From NCBI GenBank assembly GCA_050575255.1, contig JBNZDD010013677.1, positions 1,174,584 to 1,238,583 of the forward strand: a stretch of DNA of 64,000 nucleotides, written 5' to 3'. This DNA is from Harriotta raleighana (lineage: Eukaryota). Shown here one piece after another: positions 42,001 through 54,000 of the stretch; the stretch's first letter is position 1, and the number at the start of each line of letters is the position of its first letter. The position numbers and the translations under genes were made by a program. The notes under the pieces are model-generated. The model ran no database searches. It was not told the DNA's origin and was given only the letters and a program-made list of their open reading frames with translations.

Positions 42001-45000
42001 GTTATTGGGAATGGCATTCAGCAGCTATTGAGCATAGTTTTCACTCATTTTGGAATAACATTCAAAATTTGGGAGTTGCGTTAATTGGTTTAGCTGGTCA
42101 AACAGCAGCAGTATCCCAACACACGTTCAAGCTTCATCTCTTCCCAACCTGCGCCACATGCTCTCTGAAATGAGGTAAGCAGAGTGTTCCTCTGGGGAGA
42201 ATGGACCTATTGCATTCCAAACACGCAGAAATTTCCATGTGTAAGTGGTATATGTATGTGGAATTCTCAGTCCAGTCGGGATGCCCTCCAAGCATAGTAA
42301 TGGGTGACCGCATGTAACAGACACTAGGCTGCCTTAAAAAAAATCTCTCATCAATTCAGAAAGCTTGATTGTTAAATGTGTTTCTGTGTCAGGGACTACA
42401 AGGTGAGAGAGGGTTGGCGGGGCTGTCCGGCGAGAAGGGAGAGCAGGTGAGTTGGTACTTTATTCACCTCAGCAGTTGTAGATTGCACATCCATTTGTCT
42501 CAAGACTTTGCACCGTGCATTCAGTGACTTTCCCCTTCACACCACCCTCAGCTCCCATCCCCAACTCAGTTGCCCAGACAGTAATGTCTTTGGGATGTCC
42601 TCCCGAACTCAAAGGTTTTATCTAAATGTAAATTTGCTATTGTCATATTGTGCATGAACAGGACAAGCCATGGCAAAATATCAGTTGATCCTAGAGTAAC
42701 TCAATAAGCAATCATATAAACTCTCTATCTCTCCATTTCTCATTCAAAAACATTGACTACACGAATATTAATTACTGTGATGCATTTTGGGCATTTCAAT
42801 GCAATCAATTATTAAATATTTGAAAAATTTGGTTACTCGATCCACAACTGTTTGTGGGGCATTGCTGTTTGAATTTAGCTGCTCCGTTTCTTTCCCCACA
42901 GATTCACTTTACACTGAATTCTGTGAAGCGCTTTGAGACATCTCAACGATGTGATAAGGCACTATATCACATGCAATTGTTATTGTTATTACAAAAAATA
43001 CATTTCTTTCTCTTTCAATAAATGGCCATTGATACCCGCTTGAATGCTGTCATCCAGTGACCGAACAGCTGCATCTCCTCATCCTTCCAAGACATTTGCC
43101 TCCCTGAATCCAGAACTGAGACACGTCTTTTGGCCACGTCGCGAATGATGTTCTTCTTTTCCCCATCCTGCTTTGCCTTTGATACTATTGATCACTCCAT
43201 TCTCCTCGATTTCTTCTCCTTTCTCATCCATTTCCATGGAATTCCAGTTCGACTTGACCCACCAACTGCGTTTTGTTTCCTCCAATGATTTCTCCATTCA
43301 CTCTTGCAGTCACCTGTGGTGTACTTCAAGGCTGTCTTCTCTGACAACCTCTCCTTTTTCTACTCTGGATGCTCCCTATGATTTTTGCCATCCTAACGTC
43401 TTTGTTCCCATTATCTGATCAGAAAACTGTGATTTGCCTCACCCCCTCCCCAGCCCCATTTCCTACTATTGCTAGTCAAACCTTCAGCCTCTCCTGCCTC
43501 AATCTCTAGAACTCCCACCCACAAATTCTCCCATTTCGATCTGTCTTTCCAAACCATCAAAAATGCTACCTATGGAATGAGAAGATGTTCCATAATCTAA
43601 TATACCGGCAGAACAGGGATGAACAGATTACTCTGTTTGTTTCCCGTGACTTCTTTATCAATTGAGAAATTTTGCGGATTGGATCAGCTGGTAACATGGT
43701 AGCATTTTATCAGGCATCGCCATAAACCAGTCGTGGGGAGATGAGAAGACGGAGCTTACGCTTCAATAACTGATGCATTGAAACTTCCTCAATGATTGAG
43801 TCTTCCATCAGCTCAGTGTAACCACACGTTCACGTCTCTCTCTCTCTCTCTCTCTCTCTCCAGGGCCCATCAGGTCTCCCGGGATACCCTGGATCCGGAG
43901 GCCCTCCAGGAATGCCAGTAGGTTTCATCCTTGCACTCTACATTAGGGCAGAGGAAGCAGTTCCAAAACTAACACCTTGTTCAGGTTATAGCCTGAGTCA
44001 GGAAAGATGTTGGGTTGAGTGTTGCCACAACACCACATGCAGTGAGCTCCGTTATACTTCAGCGCACTGGACTCTGCCCTCAACCTCTGTGACTCGGGTC
44101 TGAATTGAATCTGGGTGAGACAGCGGATGTGTCTGCTCTTAAGAGCTGTGAGGAGCTGACTGCCAGTCTGCCCCCCAAAACACCCAGTGACAGCAAGACC
44201 CCAGAACACACCTGCTCATAGTTTAGCCTTGTTTTGCTGCCCTCGCTCAGAGAGGCTACAGAATTGGGAATAGGAAACGTCAAACCGGTGAAGCAGTGAC
44301 GCTTTTCTGAGGTGAGGGAATAACGAAATGGTTGAGACAATGTAAAAACAGCTTTATTCTAGATTGTGCTACACCTGAGCTGGGAGTATGGGTGAGGTTG
44401 GGGTTGCAGGACAGTGGTGAGGCTGCTGTAGTTTGTGTGTCACATGTCCAACGACCAACAGGTAGGGTCCTAGCTGGGAAAGCAGTGGGAAAGCTTACCA
44501 AACAACAATATCAATGGCAAGCTGTGTGGTTTTAGCTGGTTAGACCCACTCTCTAGGGTCCCCAAGCCTTGACTGTTGCCAACCTTCACCTAATACTTTC
44601 CAGAATTAGACAAGCAGGATGTATCCCTCCAGGGAGAGTTTGCATACCATTCCGGCAATCTATCGCTGGGATTTCCATGTGCAGGTGTGTCACATGGAAT
44701 TCTCAGTTTGGTTTGGATACTTTTAAAGATGGTGATGGGTTTCTGCGTGTGTCAGACACCCGGCTGACCAAAACAAGTGGGATTTATCTCATTCACTTTG
44801 AAACATTATAGATGTAAGAAAGCATTGCATGTTCTAATGGCCATTTGCATGAAACAACTTGCTCTAACCTCTTCTCATGGTGATCCCAAGCGCCATCGAG
44901 AGACACCTATCAATCACTTGTCCCCGTTTGTTTTCAGGGAATGAAGGGAGAGCGAGGAGCCAGCGGTTCCGCGGGACAATCAGGAGCTTCGGTGAGAAAG

Positions 45001-48000
45001 GAGTTGTTCTTTTCCTCTCGGTTCTGTGGTTTGCATTTCTTCTGTCCACAATCTAAATTCCTTCTAAAATTCCAATATATTATCTGCCCCACTCATTGTT
45101 ATCCGAGCAACACTGCTGACATAAATTAGTTGCGCTCTATTGGTAACTTCTGTGGAGTGCTTTGAAGCATTTCACCAACATGGTAAGATTTTGATGTTGA
45201 ATGCAAGGATTGTTATTCTCTTGTTCTTGTGTGCAGGGACCCCCTGGTTCTCCTGGCTCCCGGGGCCCCATTGGACCATTGGTGAGTACACAGCAGTCTG
45301 AGTACACTGCAAACAGAAACTGATTGGGATAGCTGGTGGTTGCGGATGAGTTTCTGAAGATTATGGAATAAAAGGGGAGATGAACAACATTTGTCTCAAG
45401 GCATGATGTGAAAATGAGTGGAAGCTGAGTACGGAGAAAAATGAACGATAGACAGCTTTTAAGAGATTGTACATAAGCGTCTCTAGTTAATGTCCAAACT
45501 CAAGCTCCTTTCCCAGGATAAAGACATCCCTATAATACTCACCTATTGTGAGTAACTATTTTTCTTTGGAAGGAATTGAGCGGGTCTGGGGTACAGTTCT
45601 AGTTCCCGGGGAGCACTGAAGGAAAAGGAGTATTTCTAAGTCAATAGAGGAAATGAAGACCCAGTTAGAATTTATCTTTCACATGTAAACCATGTGGATA
45701 GAGGGAATTACAGGTGCAATCATGACTACTAGTGAAAAGGATTTCTTAGACTTAGAGTTATTTAACAAACCAATCTTTTATTAAACGCTTGAAAAAAATT
45801 AAGAGCACCTGTGATCGCTTCTGAGCATGTGTACACATATGGTGGGTAATGCCCACGGCACAAACTGGAGCCCCATTTCTCTGTTTCGATTCAATCAACT
45901 TAAACAAGGATTACAATAAAAATGAAAATTATAACCTGCTTTTTTACTGCATAGACACAAATGCAAATGACTGCAACTGATGCCTTCTCATGTGAAACCC
46001 TCCTTTGCGCTTTGACAGGGACCCAAAGGTGACCATGGATTGGCTGGTTCTCCCGGGGAGAAGGGAGATCAGGTTAGTACTTCTGTGATTTGTAATTAAC
46101 ACTGTAATTTGTAATTGAATTTGTAATTAAAAACCAACTGCCCCTCTCTCCCCATCCTCATCGCAAGCTTGTGATTCCGCCAATCCTCACTCCAGATTTC
46201 CTCCTCCAGATTTGGGGGTAATTGTTATGACTGTGATGTATGATGTATTATTCTGTCGTGGACAGGTCACTGGTTCTGAGATTATTCACACTAAACTCCA
46301 GTTATCACTACAGACCAAGGCCTCACTAAATTCTAGGCTGCTGCTATCTGGACAAACAGCGGGAAACTTGGCAGAGAGCACTCTCAATGGAATGTTATGT
46401 AGTTTTAGCTGGTTAAACTCTAACAGTTACCGTAATGATTTTTTGCCAACCTGGATCTAATACTCTCCAGAATTAGGTGAGCAGGATGCGTCCCTCCAAA
46501 CAGTGAGTGTGAATTCTATTCCAGACACAGGGAGATTTCCATAACTAGGTGGTGTATGTATGTGGAACGCTCAGTGCGTTTTGGATACTCATAATGCATG
46601 TCTCAGGCTGACCAAAATATGTCCCAATATTCTTTTGCAGGGATTTCAAGGACAAGCGGGATTTCCTGGGCAACAGGTGAGTGTTATCTTAGGAAGGATG
46701 ACACTGGGCTTCAATGCTGTTGTTTCTAATCAAGCCTCCAGTTTATTTCTGAATAACAGCCTAGCGCAGTTGGTAGCATTCTCATCCCTGAGTCTGAGGG
46801 CTCTGCGTTCAAGCCCCTCCTCTGTGATTGATTTTGTAGTCTAGGCTGAGAGTGCTGGGAGAGTGCTGAATTATTGGAGATGTCACCCTTTGGATGAGAC
46901 ATTCAAATCATCTGGGTTCTGTTTACCTGTTCAGGTGGGCAGGATCGATCTTGTAATACAAATAAAAAAGGGAGATTTTTCTGATGTTCTGGCCAACCTC
47001 CAGGCGAAGATTATTTTATTGTATAAATTGGTCATACTCCTCAATTTTTCAAGGACTATTATTGCTGTTACTCAGATTTAAACATGTCCTAACTAACCTG
47101 CGTCTAGATGGATGTGTGAGGGGCCTGTACGAAACCCAAAGATTTGTAAAAATCCTGGAGAGAAATGAGAAGCTGGGCATTGAATCCAGGATGCAGTGGG
47201 AGGTGTTGATGCAGGGCATTGGGTAGGAGCAGTAAGGACAGTTTTTCCATGTAGTTTGGGGAAGGATGTGTTCATAATGGAAAAGGTGCAGTGGAGATTC
47301 ATCAGGAGGAAACCAGGAATAAGAGGATATAGTTCAGATAAAAAGCTTAGAACTGTGACTATTTCACACAGTAAGGTTAGCGAGACCTTCTCTCCCCAGA
47401 AGTGATCAACTGTGGTTGATTGCTTTTTGCTTGTCTCTGGAAGGAGAGAGCGGGAAAGCTAGGGATTCAGAAGTGAGAGTGATAATCTGGTTCTTGTGTT
47501 GTGCCAGTTGTGGAGTCCTGTTGCTCAGTGGTTAGAGCACTCAATTGCAAGCAAGAGACCTGGCTTTGATTTCCGGTGAAATCTGGGCAAGTTTCCTTAC
47601 TCCACATGTCTGATAATAATCCCTCAAGTAAAAAAAATTAAGGTAGTCCTTTATCAGCTCTGCTCTCAATCCCATCTGTGTGTTTGTAGGGACCGATTGG
47701 ATTCCCAGGAAAGTCTGGACAAACTGGGTCTCCTGGTTCTCCGGGTGAGAAGGTGAGTTCATTCCTGACAGTGTTGGTGCTAACTGCTTTAATCAGCCTC
47801 TGTGTTGTTCTGACTGGAGTGAATGAACCTCAAATCACTTGAAACAACCACCAGCTGAGATGCCGTATCACTACTGAACGTTACCAGGAAATGCATATCC
47901 CAGTTCTATAGTGAAACCTCACTGATATTGGGGTACATATCACCACAGACCAGCAAATGGGAATGCAAATCCCCCAGTTAAAATTGGTCCTAAATTTCAC

Positions 48001-51000
48001 GACTGTTTTTGGGACATTGCTGTGTGCAAATTGGCTGCCGCGTTCCCCACAAAATACCCCACTGCGCTTTATGGTTCATCCGGTGGAGTTCTCTGCGATG
48101 TCTTCCCGACGTGAAAGGTGCAGTACAAAATGCAAGGATTCTTCTTCTTATTGTAATGTGTAATACTGTTATTATTGTGTAATGCTGTATAATATTGTGT
48201 TCCAGGGTATTGGGGGAATTCAGGGAGAACCAGGATCTACAGGCCCTTCAGGACGTTCTGGCCCCCCAGGGTTACAGGTGAGCCCCTCTCCATGTGTCTT
48301 GAGTGAATCCCTCCAAACAAAACACAATAATAAAATTGGTCATTTCAATCTATGACTGTTTGTGGGATGCTGCTGTGCGCAATTGGCTGTTGCATTTCGT
48401 CCACAAATATACAATTCACAGTATACTCTGTGAAGCGCTTTGAGACGTCTAGAAGATGTGAAAAGCGCTATATCAAATGCAAGGATTATTATTATTATTA
48501 TGCAAACTAGAAACCTTGAGATCGGGTCTCTGGAGCCAGGTTTTTATCTTTTAATTTTTTCCTGATCTTTGCCTAATTCCACAAATCTGTGAATCCATTT
48601 TCTGCTCCAACCCTCCCCCTACCTCACCACATACACACACGTGTGCACAAACACATACTCACCCCTCCAGCCAACAACCCACTTAACACCTGATAGGGAA
48701 CCACACTTGGATACTTTGAACTTAAACACTTCACATCACATTGCATGTGTCTCAGTCAGTTTGAGGTCATAAATCATATCAGGAACAACAACAAAGTTAC
48801 ATTTTAGAGCACCTTTCAGGTCGGGAGGCCGTCCCAAGATGCTGAACAATCAGGTTGGGACCCGAGCAGGGGGGAAAGGGAAGGAACAGGAAGAGTTCCA
48901 CTACAAATATATGAGGCAGCCTCTTTAATTCCTCCTTCCATTTTGGACCTAACTCCACTAAACAAAGCCCCTCTGTTTCTCTTCACCCAATTCTGATTTC
49001 ATGTCGATGTCATTCCCCTGATACCCAGTGACTACAGTGTGTGACGGAGTCTTTTATTTGGGGTCTTGTCAAACACCATTTGGGAAGTTTAGATTATACT
49101 GCTTCTCAATATAAAACAGAGTTGTCACCTCATCAAAAAAAATCCATGAGATTGATCTGACCTGTCCTTTCTGAACCCATGTTAGCTGCCAATCATCGGA
49201 TTCTCTACCTGTAGGTCATGCTCCACTTCTTTTCTGATGACTGACTCCCATGATTTTTCCAGTTACAATAAAACCCCGTTTATCCAGCACGCTCCAGGGG
49301 GGTCGACTAATTGACGGTGCCGGATAAACAGGGGACAAGTTGCTGAAAACCCAACATAAAAAATGTACTTATTTTAAAACATACTATGTTAATAATGCGC
49401 TAAATAGTAACAGAATATTATATGGATACTTACCCATAAAGCATTCCAGCACAGTCGGGGGAAAAAAATTGGTAAAACAGCATTTTGTACCGATCGGTAA
49501 AAAACCCCGAGTTCGTAAGTTTACTAAGTGCACATGTGCACGCATTGCACACATGTGCAAAGTGAGCAAACTCACGTTTCTGAAATGGGGAATTGCCCCG
49601 AGAGAGGGTCGAGCAATCCGGTTGATCGGGTCACGGATGAACGAGGTTTTACTGTATTAACGTTGCATGTTTCACCCACACATTATATACTTCACAGCAT
49701 ATTCTGTGAAGCTCTTTGAGACGTCGCGACGATGCGATTATCAAATGCAAGTATTATTATTATTATCATTACCGTGTTCCTTCCTGTCTCCGCAGGGCCC
49801 CCCAGGGATGGAAGGTCTCGAAGGGAAAGACGGAAAACCTGGGACGCGGGTAGGACTGTTATCCGATCAGCGAGTGTTCTGTGGTTTCCACAGTGACGCT
49901 GGGCAGCGGTAACTCTCTTCGATTTCTCTTGCAGGGCGAGTTTGGTCCCCCAGGGCCACCGGGACACCGCGGGATTCCGGTAAAGCCTTCAGCATTTTGT
50001 TTTTAATCAGTGTCACATTCACCGTGTGGGCGAGGAGGAGCCTCTATTAACTGGGCTTTCCTTTATTTTGAAAGGGTTTCAAAGGAAAACATGGAATGAC
50101 CGGGCAGCCTGGATCCCGGGTAGGTAATTCCCCTCTGTGTGTGTGTGTGNCTGTGTATGGAGTCCTGTAGCTCAGTGGTTAGAGCACTCGCCTTACAAAC
50201 ATGAGACCTGTGTTTCGAATCCAAGCAGTTCTGGGTGAAACTTTGGGCAAGTTTCTTTACTCCATACGCTTAATAATAATAATCTGTCCAAGGGTTATTA
50301 TTATTATTATGCATGTGTGCCTGTGTGTGCATTNGTGTGTCTGTGTATGGAATCCTGTAGCTCAGTGGTTAGAGCACTCGCCTTACAAACATGAGACCTG
50401 TGTTTCGAATCCAAGCAGTTCTGGGTGAAACTTTGGGCAAGTTTCTTTACTCCATACGCTTAATAATAATAATCTGTCCAAGGGTTATTATTATTATTAT
50501 GCATGTGTGCCTGTGTGTGCATTGCATGTGTATGCGGGTAGGACTGTTACATGTGTATTCAAGTGTGTGTATGTATGTTTATTGGAGCGTGTAAGTGTGG
50601 GCTTGTATTTGTGTGGAGTATTAACTGTCCAGTCTACCTATTTGTGAGGTTGTGCAGACTATGGAGGCTTTGGGAGAGCTTTGACATCAGCCTGTGTTTA
50701 TTCCAGGGAGAGCCGGGACCATCCGGGACACCAGGGAGCCAGGGCCGGACAGGATTTGAGGCAAGTATTAAGAGTTTATTTTCCCCATATTTGCTCCGCA
50801 TGAGGCACTCAGCCAGCGTCAGAGGGAGAGTAAAAGTGATTCCGTCGAAGCTGGAAATCTGAAATAGATCAGTGGATGCTGGAATCGATACATCAGTGTT
50901 TCATCCTCGAAACTTTGTGACCTGCAGTTTGTGTCCCTGTGAAGAGAGAGGCCGAAACGCCTCTGTGCGATCCACTCTTGTCCCTCATTCCTCTCCTGAT

Positions 51001-54000
51001 CTGTGGCCTGTTTGAGAGGAGAACAGACTGCAGTGCTGGTGCTGTCAGCAGATTGTTGTCATTGTTTCTGTTTCTCCGCAGGGGGAACCGGGGCCCCTGG
51101 GGCCAGCAGGACCTCCAGGACCCCCCGGCCACATTGTGAGTTTCCATTGTTTAATTTTTAATGTTGCATTTAATAACCGTTAGTGCGAGAGTGTTTCACC
51201 TGTATATATGTGTGAGGGTCTGTGCCTATGGATATATGAATCTGAGTGGTTTGTTTGTATTTGTGACATTCAGTAACACACAGTGTGTGAGAGAATCACA
51301 CACAGTAACACATAGTGTGTGAGAGAGTCACACACAGTAACACAGTGTGGGGAAAGTGCCACATCCAGTAACACACTGTGTGAGAGTGTCGGACCCAATA
51401 ACAAACTGTGTGAGAGTGTCACAAACAGTAACACATTGTGTGAGAGTTACATCCCTGTATCTAACCATTGCTGTTCCGCTCAGGGCACAGCAGGAAATCC
51501 AGGCCCAGCAGGGCCAATGGGACCATCAGGACTGGTGAGTAACAAACCTGATTTATATTGAAGGTACATTTTGGTTGTTAACAGAACATGTAACTGTGAC
51601 TCAACGATGACAACTTACATTTATATCACGTCCTTCACGCAGGGTAAATTCTCAGAGCGCTTAACAGTGGTGCAGTCTGACCCAGAGCTCGGGGAGGAGC
51701 AATGTGATCATTGGCTCAGTCAAGTAGGAACCATGATCTGAAAAGGGGGGAAAAGGCATAGGAATTGAGGGCATAGTCGCTGAAAGCACGACTGCCAATG
51801 GCAGAGTGTAGCGCACAAAGGACAAGCAGGAGGCCAGAGCCAGTTGAGTCAAGGCGCCAGGTGCTGGAGAATCAGACAGGTAGGAAGATGCCAAGGCATG
51901 AAGAGATTTGTAGATGAATTGTGACTGAGCGCAGCGCTCACACTCTCTCTCGCTATGCTATATACTGATGTAGCACAGCGCTCTTTCTCTCTTCTCGTTG
52001 TGTTACAAATTGACTTAGCACAGCTCTTTCTCACGCTGTGTTATACACTAATTCAGCACAGCACCCTCTCTCTCTCTGTTATACACTGACTTATCATAAT
52101 GCTCTCTCTCTCTGTCTGTGTTATACACTGACTCAGCACAGCACTGTCTCTCTCTCCCTCTGTGTTATGCACTGATTTAGCACAGCACTCTCTCTTTATG
52201 TTATACTCTGACTCAGCGTGCAAGCGCTCTGGTTTGAATTCTCGGGTTTCTGTGTGAAACCCACCCTGAGACCCACCTGGCTGATCACAGGAAACCAAAC
52301 AGGTTAATGAAAGCCACTGCCTGGATCTCTTGCAGGGAATAAAGGGTGATCGTGGCTCAACAGGAGAGCGAGGGCTACCGGGTCTGGCCGGCCTTCCGGG
52401 GCCACCTGGCCTCTCCGGATTAGCGGTAGGTCACGTGCTCCAACTCTCTACTCAATCCGAGTCAGGCCAGGCTGCTTATGTTTTGTTGGTTTCAGTCTCA
52501 ATGGACGAAGAGTTGAAATCACGCAGTTAGTTTCAAAATCCATCCAGCACAATAGGTAACAGTTCATCTCCTGAAGTAGGAGATTGGTGCAAGGGTCTAG
52601 ATTATGTGTATAGATAAGGGTCTTGTCGGTGAAAACAGATTTTGTAACTGTATATTTCTGTAATTGGACTTGGGGGAGGGTGGATTGGGTGGCAGGAGGA
52701 GGCGAGAAGAATAAAAAAGCCACAGTCTATCATGCTCAGATGGTTTGCACTACATTGTAGATTGGGTTGCCCAGAGATTTGCTGGTAGAACAACAACTAC
52801 TTGCACTTGTGTAGCTACCAACACCAGAAGGCGGCCGTGGGGAAGTTTCTTAGTGTTGGACAGTAGCAGAGTTTGATGTCGAGCTAGTAAGAATGGGGAT
52901 GTAACTGTAGACACACTCAAAGAAGAACGTCTTCAAGTGGGGTCTGGAGATAGGCAAAGAGGGGGCAGGATAGAAAGTTTGATGCAAGGAGTTCCAGAGA
53001 TAATGGCTCAAAGTATGGCCACAGATAGTGAAGTAGGGAGGTCGAGGGATGTCTGGATATACAAGCTGGCTGAGCAATGGGATGGAGTGGGTGGAGTGTG
53101 AGCAGGTTGGAGCAGTTGGGAGGAAAAATTGTTTTTCAATAGCAAGACTGCTTCCTGGAACTAATTCTTGTGTGTGCTTTATGTCCTCTTTCATTAGGGC
53201 GAGCCCGGTGAGGATGGGCCAGTGGGGAAAGAGGTACAATGCATGACAACAAACGCAATCGCAATTTGGTTGAAGTTGAATAGCAGCGTTGAGTAAAATT
53301 GTGATTGGAACAAGGAGCCAGTGTATCCCAGACAAGAGTCTGGAATAAGGAGAAAGTGTCAGGACCATCAACCCATTAATCACTTCACTGATGGTCTGAT
53401 CTTGAACCTGTGACTTTGTGTTGGAGCCGAGTGCTGAATCTACTGTTTCACGTTATAAAGCGTGTACTTTTTTGGGTGTGTTTTTAATGCTCCGGATGGT
53501 TGTTTAAGAGTACAGCTTCCTGCGTAGGACTCGCAGCTTACTGTACAATACACCCTCCTATTCTGTGCAATGAGGCCCCTTTGTTTTGGGTCTGTACTGT
53601 GATCTCACACACAGGTTCCTGACATGGAGGTGCACCCGCTCTACATGCTGCCAAGTCTCTGCCTCCACCCATTGTGGCTCAGAGCAGTGCGAGTGAATTA
53701 AAATAAATTGGGAAGAAAATGCTCAGGACTTTGCCTTGAGCAACAGATGCCTACAAAATATATAGCAGCTAAATTTAACATTGAGTTCTATAGGGGGCTT
53801 TGGAATGTTTTGAAATGGTTTTGAAAGTATTATCAAAAAGGCAAGTCCTTCCTGTGCTTTCTGTTTATTACAACTCTCACTGGTGCTGTGACTTGTGTTT
53901 TTAGGGGCCATCTGGTAACCCTGGAGCCGCAGGAATACATGGACCCAAGGCAAGTAAACACTATGAAGGACGTCAGCTTCTGAGCTCTGGTTTGTCAGAA

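Noticed and set aside
51270-52220. Regularly spaced 33-40 bp repeats as a CRISPR-like array
   Set aside because: Vertebrate intron, degenerate tandem units with no unique spacers and no cas genes; these are minisatellites
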